From the NCBI GenBank assembly GCA_019058315.1, contig JAHPZH010000004.1, positions 96,001 through 160,000 on the forward strand: a stretch of 64,000 nucleotides of DNA, in the 5' to 3' direction. Under the pieces are notes generated by a model. It made no database searches and was not told the DNA's origin. It saw only the letters and a program-made list of their open reading frames with translations. The translations under genes and the position numbers were made by a program. This document shows positions 38,665 through 48,667 of the stretch, in pieces; the first letter of the stretch is position 1; each line of letters starts with the position of its first letter. Source of the stretch: Candidatus Helarchaeota archaeon (GTDB lineage: Archaea; Asgardarchaeota; Lokiarchaeia; Helarchaeales; RDOG01).

Positions 38665-39522
38665 TTAAATCATTGATGTTTCTAGAGCTTTTCCACATTC
38701 ACAACTTCGGGTTTTTGGAATTTTTGGTATAGTTTCAAATACTAATTTTCGAGCATTATCCACATTTTGAGATACAACTCTTATTATTTCTGCAATGTCG
38801 ACAGGTTCTTCTCCATAGACGTCTTTATCGGTTGCCATAGCAATACTTGTAAAACAAATTTCTGCCTCTCTAGCCAAGATGCATTCAGGATAGACTGTCA
38901 TTCCCACTACAGAAAATTTTTGGCTCTGAAAAAATCTAGATTCAGCGGATGTTGAAAATCTTGGTCCGTTAATACAAACGTAAGTTCCTTTGGGATGACA
39001 TTTTAAGCCTAAGTTTTTTGCTGTATCAAAAGCTATTTTTCGTAATTCATCACAAAAGGGATGTGCAAATGGAATATGAGTTACTACTCCTCCTTCAAAG
39101 AAAGTATCTGCTCTTTGCCCAAAAGTTCTGTCAAAAACTTGGTCACAAATAACAAAATCACCGACGTCTATTTCATCAGGTTGGAGGCTTCCACATGCAC
39201 CTGGAGATAACAGCCTTGTAACCCCTAGAGCTTTAAATCCCCAGATATTTGCTCGAAAATTAATTTTATGCGGAGGTATTACATGTCCTCTTCCATGTCT
39301 AGCAATAAATGCAACTTTACGATCTTTTACATATCCAATTATAAAATGGTCTGAGGGAGCTCCATAAGGGGTATGAACCTTGAGTTCCATCGGATCTTTC
39401 ATAAACGTTGGATCATAGTTTCCAGAGCCTCCGATGACTCCAATTTCAATTGGTAGCATTTTTTCTATTTTCTCTTTTTCTTCATAATTTATAGGTACAA
39501 AACTACAACCTTTATATCTCAT
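38665..39522 (-). CDS. mtnP: S-methyl-5'-thioadenosine phosphorylase
   Basis: IGGSG, TPYG.PS, RHG, NFRANIW, GPRFST.AES, VGMT..PE. Confidence 0.92.
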   Translation of the reverse strand: MRYKGCSFVPINYEEKEKIEKMLPIEIGVIGGSGNYDPTFMKDPMELKVHTPYGAPSDHFIIGYVKDRKVAFIARHGRGHVIPPHKINFRANIWGFKALGVTRLLSPGACGSLQPDEIDVGDFVICDQVFDRTFGQRADTFFEGGVVTHIPFAHPFCDELRKIAFDTAKNLGLKCHPKGTYVCINGPRFSTSAESRFFQSQKFSVVGMTVYPECILAREAEICFTSIAMATDKDVYGEEPVDIAEIIRVVSQNVDNARKLVFETIPKIPKTRSCECGKALETSMI

Positions 39523-39554
39523 TTTTTTATCTCCTACGATTTAAAATTCAGTTT

Positions 39555-40088
39555 TTATTCCTCAACTGGTATTTTCAGATAAGACCAGACTTTATAATTC
39601 TTTTTCTCGAGAAATTCTCTTCCATGTAGACTATGTGTAAGTTCAATAAGAAATGCAATTTCAACTACTTCTCCTTTGAGTTGTTCGACCATTTTCGCAG
39701 CAGCTAACGCCGTTCCACCAGTAGCGAGTAAATCGTCCATAACTAACACTTTCTCTCCCGGTTCTATTGCATCAATATGCATAGTTAGAGTATCTGGACC
39801 ATATTCCTTCTCATAAGTATATTCTATTGTTTTATAAGGCAATTTTCCTTTCTTTCTTATCGGAATAAAACCCGCATTGATCATATAAGCAATAGCTGCC
39901 CCAAATATAAACCCTCTAGCTTCCATTGATACTACTTTATCGATTTTTTTATTTTTATACCTTTTAACAAATAAATCTATTGATTCTTTCAAAGCTTTTG
40001 GATCTTGTAATATTGTGGTTATATCTTTAAATTGTATACCTTTAATTGGCCAATCAGGAACGTTCCTAATCTTTTTTTCTAAGTCCAA
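39555..40088 (-). CDS. apt: Adenine phosphoribosyltransferase
   Basis: GIQFKDIT, EARGF, RKKGKLP, EYG, DDLLATGGT. Confidence 0.96.
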   Translation of the reverse strand: MDLEKKIRNVPDWPIKGIQFKDITTILQDPKALKESIDLFVKRYKNKKIDKVVSMEARGFIFGAAIAYMINAGFIPIRKKGKLPYKTIEYTYEKEYGPDTLTMHIDAIEPGEKVLVMDDLLATGGTALAAAKMVEQLKGEVVEIAFLIELTHSLHGREFLEKKNYKVWSYLKIPVEE

Positions 40089-40283
40089 TTTTACATAACT
40101 CCTTAATTTGAAGTGACTTAATTTTAAAATTTTGAAATGGTAGATAAAAATTTCTATTTTAAATCTCTTAAGTTTTAAGAAAGGATTTTCAAAAATCCTT
40201 TATAAATTTGGAGTTAAGAAAGTTATTTTTAAAAAATTTAATATTATAAAGAATTTTCTAAGGTTAGAAATAAAAGATTATAG

Positions 40284-40313
40284 TAATCCAAATTTTAATT
40301 AACATTTGGATTA
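40284..40313. promoter_or_regulatory. 30-bp near-perfect palindrome upstream of rpa (candidate operator)
   Basis: TAATCCAAAT-T-TTAATTAA-C-ATTTGGATTA with a single mismatched pair. Confidence 0.5.
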
Positions 40314-40402
40314 ATAATTAGGAATTAGTTTTGTATTTATATACAAATTGAAGTTTAATTTGAGAATCTTTATTGAATAATTAAAAAAGTGATGGGAAAT
40401 AA

Positions 40403-42142
40403 ATGAACCCGAATTTTGAGGACAATTTAAATGCAATAGTGAATAAAAAGGGAATTACAAAGGAAGAATTGCAAAAAAGAATTGAAGAAATCAAAAAGGA
40501 ATTCGATGGATTATTATCAGACGAGGGAGCTCTTGCAATTATTGCAAAGGACTGTGGTGTTGAAATAGAACAAGATGCGGGATTATTTCAAAGAAGACTT
40601 TATATAAATGAGTTAGAGGTAGGTATGCAGACAGTAACGGTTGCGGGACGTGTTGAAAACATTTATCCTGTAAGAACATTTCAAAGAAAATCCGGAACCG
40701 ATGGAAAAGTAGTAAATCTTACATTAAGAGATAAAACAGGAAGTATTAGGGTAGCTCTATGGGATGATCACGTAAATCTTGTGGAAGATGGCTCAATAAA
40801 AAACGGAAAAATAATTGAATTAAAAAATTGTTACGTAAAGGAAGGTTGGCAAGGACAAAATGAAGTAAATTTGGGTAATAGGGGGGAAGTTGAATTAATG
40901 CCAGATGTTGAGGCAGAAGATTTTCCTGAGATCTCGGTAGAACAAATTAAAATTGGTGAAATTAAACCTGATATAAATAATATTTCAATTATTGGAAAAA
41001 TTATTGATATTTCAGAAATCAAAGATATAACTACAAGAGATGGTAGGCAAACGCAACTTCAAGAAATGACCGTAGCTGATGAAACTGGTCAAATACATGT
41101 TCCCGTATGGGGAGATAAAATAAATAATATTGATAATGCTTCGAAAGGGGATATAATAAAAATAAATCAAGCATATACACGTCTTGGTTTTGGAAATCAA
41201 ATTAATCTAAATATTGGAAATTCAACTATTATTGAAATAAATCCAAAAGGAGTTCAAATTTCCGAAGTTGAAGAATTAAAACAAACTAAAATAGAAGTTC
41301 CGTCTTACTCAGCAAGTCAGACTCAAATTAAAATCCAAAATTTAACGCCTGAAAGTAAAAATGTAAATTTAATAGGAAAATGTATTGAATTGGGGGAAAT
41401 TAGAGAAGTAGCCAATGATAATAAAGTAATGGAAGTTATATTAGGGGATGAAACAGGGAGTGTAATTCTATCTGTTTGGAATGAGGATATTGAAAAAATG
41501 AAAAAGGGGGAGAGTTATCAAATTATAAATGGTTATGTAACAACCTATCAAAATAGAATTCGTTTGAATTCAGGAAAATTTGGCAATTTCGAAGTTAGCG
41601 AGGAAAAGATTACAAAGGTTGATATGAAGAATAATATTTCTGAAAGTGAATTTAAACCAAGTCGAAAAAATATAATTGAAATTTCAGAAAATCAGCTTAT
41701 AGAAGTGAGGGGAACCATTTTAGATTTGATTTCAAAAAACCTAACTTATGATGCATGTCCTAAATGTATGAAAAAAGTAACCATTGAAGATGAAAAAATT
41801 CTTTGTCCTAATTGTGGTATCGTCCCCGATTATCAAATACGAATGATTTTTTCATTTACATTAGATGACGGAACAGATAATATTCGTGTAACCGTTATTG
41901 GGAAAACGGCGGAAAAATTATTTAATATGGCTTCTAAAGAAGGTCAACAATTAAATTTGGAAAAAATTGATGATCCTTCCCAAATTCAACTCAACATAGA
42001 ACAGTTTATAGGAAAAGAAATAATTGTAAATGGTCGAACACAAAAAAATCAATTAAATAATCAATTAGAAATAATAGCACGAAATATAGAAGAGCCCAAT
42101 GTAATAAATGAGATAAAAAATTCTATTGATAAATTTGATTAG
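40403..42142 (+). CDS. rpa: Replication protein A (multi-OB-fold with Zn finger)
   Basis: Repeated D.TG.I...W OB folds; CPKC...CPNC in the last OB; LDDGT. Confidence 0.9.
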   Translation: MNPNFEDNLNAIVNKKGITKEELQKRIEEIKKEFDGLLSDEGALAIIAKDCGVEIEQDAGLFQRRLYINELEVGMQTVTVAGRVENIYPVRTFQRKSGTDGKVVNLTLRDKTGSIRVALWDDHVNLVEDGSIKNGKIIELKNCYVKEGWQGQNEVNLGNRGEVELMPDVEAEDFPEISVEQIKIGEIKPDINNISIIGKIIDISEIKDITTRDGRQTQLQEMTVADETGQIHVPVWGDKINNIDNASKGDIIKINQAYTRLGFGNQINLNIGNSTIIEINPKGVQISEVEELKQTKIEVPSYSASQTQIKIQNLTPESKNVNLIGKCIELGEIREVANDNKVMEVILGDETGSVILSVWNEDIEKMKKGESYQIINGYVTTYQNRIRLNSGKFGNFEVSEEKITKVDMKNNISESEFKPSRKNIIEISENQLIEVRGTILDLISKNLTYDACPKCMKKVTIEDEKILCPNCGIVPDYQIRMIFSFTLDDGTDNIRVTVIGKTAEKLFNMASKEGQQLNLEKIDDPSQIQLNIEQFIGKEIIVNGRTQKNQLNNQLEIIARNIEEPNVINEIKNSIDKFD

Positions 42143-43467
42143 AAATTACATTGAGTTTTTTCTATTATTTTATCTCCGAATTCTTTAGCTAATATTTTAA
42201 GTGCACAATATTTTCCGCACATTGTACAAGCTTTTATTTTATCTGTTTGATTAGTTTTATTTCGGTTATAGTATTTAATTGCTTTTTCAGGATCAATTGC
42301 AAGTTGAAATTGTGCATCCCAGTTTAATTGCGCTCTAGCTTCAGACATTTTTTTATCCCAATCTATTTCAGTTTTTCTTCTTGCAAGATCTGCAGCATGG
42401 GCAGCAATTTTCGAAGCAATTACACCTTCAATTACATCTTTTTCTTCTGTAGGTAAACCTAAGTGCTCCGAGGGTGTAACATAACATAAATAATCAGCGC
42501 CCGCCATGCCAGCCAAAGCTCCTCCAATAGCGGCTACAATATGATCATATCCTGGTGCAATATCAGTAACCAGAGGTCCGAGTACATAGAAGGGGGCCCC
42601 ATCACATAAGGATTTTTCAATTTTTACATTTGCTTGAACTTCATGAATTGGAACGTGTCCAGGTCCTTCAACCATTACTTGAACATTTGCTTTTCGTGCT
42701 CTTTTTACTAGATCCGAAATTATTAATAATTCTTGAAGTTGAGCCCAATCGGTTGAATCTAGAACAGTACCAGGTCTTAATCCATCCCCTAAACTTATAG
42801 AAAAATCATATTCTTTTGCCAAATCTAGGAGATAATCATAATTTGTAAATAATGGATTTTCCTTGTCATTATGTAAAATCCAAGCACCAAGAAAAGTACC
42901 ACCACGGCTGACCATAGACATTAAACGTGGATGTTCTTTTAAATGTATCATGATGTTTTTAATCACTCCGCAATGGAGTGTCATGAAATCTACTCCATCC
43001 TTAGCGTTTTTTTCGATGACATTAAGCATTAAATCGGGAGACATATCTACAATCGCTTTATTATTCGTCACATTTTCTATTGCAGCTTGATAAATTGGGA
43101 CAGTCCCTAATGGAACTCCAATGGCTTCCATTATTTTTTTACGAATATGATCTAAATCTCCACCTGTACTAAGGTCCATTATGGTGTCAGCTCCATATTT
43201 TTCAGCGATTTTTGCTTTTCTAATTTCTAAATCTAAGTCTATAACATCTGCTGAAGTTCCTATATTCGCATTTATTTTAATTCTTAAACCTTCACCTATT
43301 CCAATAGGGTTAAAATCACGCTTTATATTTCTCGGAATAATTATTCTGCCATTAGCAATACCTTTCATTATTACTTCTGGCTCTAGATTTTCCTCCTTTG
43401 CGACAAACTTCATTTCTTCAGTTAATTTATGTTGTTTTGCTTCTGACATTAATGTCAAGACATTCAC
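42139..43467 (-). CDS. thiC: Phosphomethylpyrimidine synthase ThiC (or Bza-type paralog)
   Basis: KINANIGTS, MDLSTGG, GTVPIYQ, SRGG, EGPGH, GYDH, EHL, CTMCG.YC. Confidence 0.9.
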   Translation of the reverse strand: MNVLTLMSEAKQHKLTEEMKFVAKEENLEPEVIMKGIANGRIIIPRNIKRDFNPIGIGEGLRIKINANIGTSADVIDLDLEIRKAKIAEKYGADTIMDLSTGGDLDHIRKKIMEAIGVPLGTVPIYQAAIENVTNNKAIVDMSPDLMLNVIEKNAKDGVDFMTLHCGVIKNIMIHLKEHPRLMSMVSRGGTFLGAWILHNDKENPLFTNYDYLLDLAKEYDFSISLGDGLRPGTVLDSTDWAQLQELLIISDLVKRARKANVQVMVEGPGHVPIHEVQANVKIEKSLCDGAPFYVLGPLVTDIAPGYDHIVAAIGGALAGMAGADYLCYVTPSEHLGLPTEEKDVIEGVIASKIAAHAADLARRKTEIDWDKKMSEARAQLNWDAQFQLAIDPEKAIKYYNRNKTNQTDKIKACTMCGKYCALKILAKEFGDKIIEKTQCNF

Positions 43468-43681
43468 CGTGACGGAACTAATTTATTTATTATGCGGGTT
43501 TTTATTTTTTTAATTAATTATGTTGAAATTTCTTTAAAAATAATAAGTTATAAAGAATAATGTTTTTAAACATTTGATTTAAAAGGAAATCAATAATTAT
43601 TATATAATCTTATTAATATTACAAGTAAACTATGTAACAAAGATTAAAAAATTTGACTAAATTAAAAAGAAAATTGGAGTA

Positions 43682-43945
43682 TTGATCATTATGGTAGAAA
43701 GACAACCATTAAAGATTCTACAACGTTCAGTTAATAATTTAATTTTGATTAGATTAAAAGATGGTAAGGAATACCGTGGTTATTTAGTAGAAACTGATAC
43801 TTATATGAATTTAGTTCTTTCTAGTGCTGAAGAACTTGATGGAACTGGTGCTCCAATTGCCAAATTTGGTGAAGTATTCATAAGGGGTAATAATATTCTA
43901 TTTATCAAGCCCGATCTTTCAGCACTTGGAACAGATGAATATTAA
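43682..43945 (+). CDS. Sm-like (Lsm) archaeal protein
   Basis: LKDG..YRG.L...D.YMNLVL, IRGNN. Confidence 0.93.
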   Translation: MIIMVERQPLKILQRSVNNLILIRLKDGKEYRGYLVETDTYMNLVLSSAEELDGTGAPIAKFGEVFIRGNNILFIKPDLSALGTDEY

Positions 43946-43974
43946 AGGGATCTAATTAATCGCTTCATTGAACT

Positions 43975-44859
43975 TTAAATATTAAAAAATTCATTAAAAA
44001 TTTCGTTCTCATCACGATAAACATCGTATTTTCGTTGGAAGAATTTCAAGATATTACTTATATCTCTTTTAAGATAGAATTTAAAATTTGGATGGTCGGA
44101 GGGTATCCATTGGGGCCAATCTATAATCATAATTTCCAATTCTGGTGTGATTAATATATTATATTCGCTTAAATCCCCATGAATTAGCTTTGCTTTTGAA
44201 TAAGCTATAAAAATATCATCTAGAATTTCATTCAATATTTTTTCTTTCTCGGGGAGTTCTTTTAATAAAAATAATGGGGTACCTTCTATTCTTTCCATAA
44301 CGATTATGTGCCGATTATGAGCAATTGGATTAGGAACTGATAGTTTAACATCGTGTAATATATTCAATGCCTCAAACTCTTTCTTAGCAGCAAGTCTGGA
44401 CTCATATAACCATGAAATATGCCTTTTATCCTTTGAATACGGTCTCTTTCTTTTTGTTTGACGAAAACTAGTTCGTCCTAATCGATGTATCTTCACCGCA
44501 ACATTGTCACCTTCAGGATTTATCGCATCAAAAACATCAGATTCTTTCCCTACACCAATTGCTTGACCAAATAAATCTAGCTTATCTGATTCTATTAGTG
44601 CATGTAAAGCTAAACAATCATATCCTGCAAAAGTTAAATAATATCCAACATAGGGACCGGTCCATCTTTTAATTAATTCAAGTTTATGGATATAGGAGAG
44701 GCGGAAATTTACTTCATTTATATTTAAACCAGAATAATTTGTAATTGTTTCTATTGGAACATATTCATGAACAGCCATACCTCGTTCTAAAGCACCTAAG
44801 ACTCTATAATCATTAATTATTAATTTCCTTAATCTCGCAATTAGTATTTTTATATTCAT
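43975..44859 (-). CDS. rio2: RIO2 atypical serine kinase
   Basis: N-terminal wHTH, GVGKESDV, HRLGRTSF, HGDLSEYN, IDWPQ. Confidence 0.95.
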   Translation of the reverse strand: MNIKILIARLRKLIINDYRVLGALERGMAVHEYVPIETITNYSGLNINEVNFRLSYIHKLELIKRWTGPYVGYYLTFAGYDCLALHALIESDKLDLFGQAIGVGKESDVFDAINPEGDNVAVKIHRLGRTSFRQTKRKRPYSKDKRHISWLYESRLAAKKEFEALNILHDVKLSVPNPIAHNRHIIVMERIEGTPLFLLKELPEKEKILNEILDDIFIAYSKAKLIHGDLSEYNILITPELEIMIIDWPQWIPSDHPNFKFYLKRDISNILKFFQRKYDVYRDENEIFNEFFNI

Positions 44860-45471
44860 TGAATCGAACTCTGAATGTCAACATATTTCCTAAAAATTAC
44901 TGATTTATTACTATTTGTAAAAATTTTTAGTTAAAATATTGGATGTCCCAATAATCTTTCCCTCTTTTGCCTCTATTAAGGCAGAATTTCAGTGTAATAA
45001 ACGCAAAAATTCTTTTAATAAAAAAAGATAAAATAAATATATATAATTATGTATTTGATAAAACCTTTCTATTTATAAATTACTTAAAATATATTTTTGC
45101 TATAAACGAGTCTAAAAATATTTTTTACCCGCGTATAAGTAACTTTTATAAAATTATCGAGGTTATATAGGTTTTTAAATTACTTAAAAATGATTTTAAA
45201 TTTCAAAATATTTATATGTCGAATTGATAAGTTATTTAATATTAAGATCTACTAAGAGGGAGGTCAAAGACCTAGTGAAGGACCGAAAGAAAATGGCAAA
45301 TGGAAAAAGAGCACTAAATAAATCTATAATAACCTCCCAAACAATACCTCAAAAAAATATTAAAACCCTCGTTTATAAAAATAACTTAATTTTACCTAAA
45401 AAAATAGAATACTTTATTAATAATGAAATAATTTTAAATATTAACACTCTCCTCAACGGAAGGTTCTAATC

Positions 45472-45756
45472 TTGAAATCTCCAGAAATAGAAATTACTAA
45501 TGGTGAAGTTACGAAAATTTTCAAAGCTCTTGCCTCTGCAACGAGGTGGAAGATTTTAAAACTCTTAACCAATGGCAATAATTTAGATGTTTCAAGGATA
45601 GCTGAAAGTTTGAAGCAAACTGAAGCCAATATTTCGGCACAAATAAAAATCCTTGAAAAAGCAGGTTTGGTGATAAGTCACTATGAACCAGGAGAGCATG
45701 GAGTTAGAAAAGTTTGTGAACCTGCTTGCGAAAAACTAATAATCAAGATATTATAG
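45472..45756 (+). CDS. ArsR/SmtB-family HTH regulator
   Basis: FKALAS.TR..IL, S.IA..L.Q..ANIS.Q...LEKAGL. Confidence 0.88.
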   Translation: MKSPEIEITNGEVTKIFKALASATRWKILKLLTNGNNLDVSRIAESLKQTEANISAQIKILEKAGLVISHYEPGEHGVRKVCEPACEKLIIKIL

Positions 45757-45808
45757 TACTCTTTCAAACTTCCTTCCTTTTTTCTTTTATTTATTTAAAT
45801 TGAAATGC

Positions 45809-47320
45809 TTAATCTAAGTTTTTTATCTGTTCAAAATCCTTTGCACTCTCTTCTAAATCTAAAAATTTTGTCTTTGGATTTGATTTTTTTGGTCTGATTT
45901 TAACAAAAATTGGGAAATTGACAACATTTCCAACAATCAATGCCTCTCCTATGGGAAGTGTGGATATCATTTTCAGGGATTCTTTTGTAATTTGCTCTGA
46001 ACTTTCTCGTATATGGTCTAAATCATATGGATTTGTAATTCTTAAAATTATATTTGTTCCACATTGACTTAATACTGTAGTTGAGAGCTTTACAGGTCTT
46101 TGACTTATTACACAAAGTGAACTGCCAAATTTTCTACCTTCTCTGGCGTATAATTCAATTATTGAACGAGAAATTGCTAATTCACGCTTTCTTCCTTCGG
46201 GAACAAATTGATGTGCTTCTTCTAATACTAAAACAAATGGTGGAATTAACTTTTCTTTACGCAACCAAAAATATCGAGTTGCAATATAATCAACTATCAT
46301 TTGTTTTTTCTTTAGACCGGTTGTAGGTGAAAGATCAAATATTAATGCTTCTCCAGGTTTTATCGAATTTAGTAGATTTGGATTTTCAGATTCCCCAAAA
46401 AGACCAGATTTTTTTAATTTATAAAGCCACCCTTTAAGAGCTTCTTTTGTTTGTGTCTTAATATTTTCATTAGAATCGATACATTCCATGATATCCGAAA
46501 TATTATATTGTTTTTTCTCTTTTTTCAATTGACTAATTATCGGTCCTAATTCTCGAAGCTGTACGGATGAAATTTCTGGTAAATATTTTGTAAAATCCAT
46601 TTCTCCTAATAAAGAGGTTTGAAACGAGATATATGGACTCGATACTACTTTAATCTTATCCGAAAAATCCTTAAATTCACCATTAACTGGTTTTTCGGAT
46701 AATACTGTATATTCTCCATGGACATCTATAATTATAACTCCAACACGACCATCTTCGATTTTTCTTGATAATAATTCTTCCAAAATTACTGATGTAGTAT
46801 AAGATTTTCCAGCACCACTCATAGCTAATAGTGCTAGGTGTTTTTGAAACATTCGAGTAAGATTAAAATGTGCTGGAAGATTGTGAAAATTCATTTTTCC
46901 TAAATTAAGTCCTCTTTCTTGATCCAAACCCAGAAATTTTTCTAATAACATATTTTCTGCAATGAAAACTTTCATACCAGGTGAAGGTGGGAAAGAAATC
47001 CGCTTTAATCGATTATCATTAAAAATTCCTAAGCATTTTACATTTGCGATCATATATTCCCATCTATCTATTGGAAATATTGAGTCAAGCGAATGACCTC
47101 CTCTTTCATATTCTCTCACGCTTTCGGCACGATTAAAATATCTATTTGTCTTTATTATCTCTAAGACCATTCCTAATATATTTCCTTCTTCGGACTCAAT
47201 TTGAACAAATTGTCCTGTATGAATTGGGGAGGTTTTTCCATTATCTTTTACTACAAAACTAAATTTATCTGAACTAGGTCCATTAAAAGTAGTAATTATG
47301 GTTCCAATTTCTTCATTCAT
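45809..47320 (-). CDS. herA: HerA helicase/translocase
   Basis: HAS barrel, AMSGAGKS, IDVHGEY, EEAH, REGRKFG, SQRP. Confidence 0.95.
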   Translation of the reverse strand: MNEEIGTIITTFNGPSSDKFSFVVKDNGKTSPIHTGQFVQIESEEGNILGMVLEIIKTNRYFNRAESVREYERGGHSLDSIFPIDRWEYMIANVKCLGIFNDNRLKRISFPPSPGMKVFIAENMLLEKFLGLDQERGLNLGKMNFHNLPAHFNLTRMFQKHLALLAMSGAGKSYTTSVILEELLSRKIEDGRVGVIIIDVHGEYTVLSEKPVNGEFKDFSDKIKVVSSPYISFQTSLLGEMDFTKYLPEISSVQLRELGPIISQLKKEKKQYNISDIMECIDSNENIKTQTKEALKGWLYKLKKSGLFGESENPNLLNSIKPGEALIFDLSPTTGLKKKQMIVDYIATRYFWLRKEKLIPPFVLVLEEAHQFVPEGRKRELAISRSIIELYAREGRKFGSSLCVISQRPVKLSTTVLSQCGTNIILRITNPYDLDHIRESSEQITKESLKMISTLPIGEALIVGNVVNFPIFVKIRPKKSNPKTKFLDLEESAKDFEQIKNLD

Positions 47321-47328
47321 AAAAACAC

Positions 47329-48474
47329 CTAACGGAAAGGTCTTCTATTTCTCCTTAATTTTAAATAACTTAATCCTATATTCTGTTCTAGAATGTTATA
47401 TAAAATATCCATATCTGTTTCCATCAATTTTGCTCTAGCATCTGCTTCGATTAAGATTGATGGAACTGCAAATTCCACATGATGGCATGCAAGTGGTAAA
47501 AGGGCTGCTGAAATCTTATTAGCTGTCGATATCGGACTTGAGTTTAATGTTAAAAATTCAATTCTCATAGGAAAATCGAATGGAACTGATTTTAAATAAA
47601 AAATTTTAAATTTTTCCACCATTTTTTTATCAAAATCTTTAAGAATATTGTGATTTTCGGGAGCATCCGAATAGCTCATAATGCAAGTTCTTTCATTTAC
47701 CTCTAAAATCCGATATAATAATTCACAATCATAAATCTGAGTTATCATGCCACGATAGTCTAAATCTAAAATTAAATTTAGACGAGGATAATAATCAATT
47801 AATTTTGGTATAATTCTTCCTAAAAGGGAGGCAAATCTGCGCGATCGGGAATCTTTTATACATCCAGCTAGTAAAATATTCTTCTCAATGCAATTTTCGA
47901 ATAGTTTTTGATATTTTTCTATGATCTTTTGATATTCAATAAATATCTTTGACGATGAATGGGGCTTATCGCTTGGTAATGGCAGTATGGAACCGTCTAA
48001 AACAATCAAATTTGGTCTTTTTGATTTATTAGTCATTGATATTGCCAAATCTAGTTCTTTTTTTAACCGTTCTAATGAAATAAATATCTCACTTTCATTT
48101 TGATTCAATGGTGTAATATTTGGAATTAAATTAGGAGTTGGTGATTTTTCTGGAAAATATGTTACATAGGGTTTATCTTTATGAAATTCAAAAATACATG
48201 CGACAGCTCGTGTTGCAATTAAATCAAAATTATAAAAATTCTTGGCAATTATTCCTCCATCGATACCTACTACAGATAACCCCGAAAGATTAGTGGGTAA
48301 CACCTTATATACTAATTTATCTTCAGAAATATCCTTCGAAATTAAGGAAGATATTAATTTAAAGTCGAATTCATACTTTAAATCAGAAAATATACTAGCA
48401 AATTTATCCTTCTCTGACTCAATTTTATGAATTTTTTGAGCAATGGATTGGATATTTTGAATTATCTCACTCAA
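47329..48474 (-). CDS. nurA: NurA nuclease
   Basis: VGIDGG, LDGS, KDS, P..LIEADARA; directly upstream of herA. Confidence 0.93.
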   Translation of the reverse strand: MSEIIQNIQSIAQKIHKIESEKDKFASIFSDLKYEFDFKLISSLISKDISEDKLVYKVLPTNLSGLSVVGIDGGIIAKNFYNFDLIATRAVACIFEFHKDKPYVTYFPEKSPTPNLIPNITPLNQNESEIFISLERLKKELDLAISMTNKSKRPNLIVLDGSILPLPSDKPHSSSKIFIEYQKIIEKYQKLFENCIEKNILLAGCIKDSRSRRFASLLGRIIPKLIDYYPRLNLILDLDYRGMITQIYDCELLYRILEVNERTCIMSYSDAPENHNILKDFDKKMVEKFKIFYLKSVPFDFPMRIEFLTLNSSPISTANKISAALLPLACHHVEFAVPSILIEADARAKLMETDMDILYNILEQNIGLSYLKLRRNRRPFR

Positions 48475-48667
48475 TATTTGACCTCATATTATAATCATGC
48501 AAATCTCAATAATGACTAGTTGAAAAAAAGATATTAAACCCCCCTAATTTAAAGAAAGAGAGGGCGAGATAAGTGAAAAAAGTAAAAATATGAATTAAGT
48601 GCTAATATTTTTGTCAAATATTAGTTTATTATCCAAAAATGAGTTAAAAATAAGATTTTTTAGATAT

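Noticed and set aside
43468-43681. Possible TPP riboswitch upstream of thiC
   Set aside because: No CTGAGA or other TPP aptamer core seen; the region is almost purely AT
44967-45469. ORFs 44967-45170 and 45224-45469
   Set aside because: Composition resembles translated AT-rich intergenic DNA; no family support
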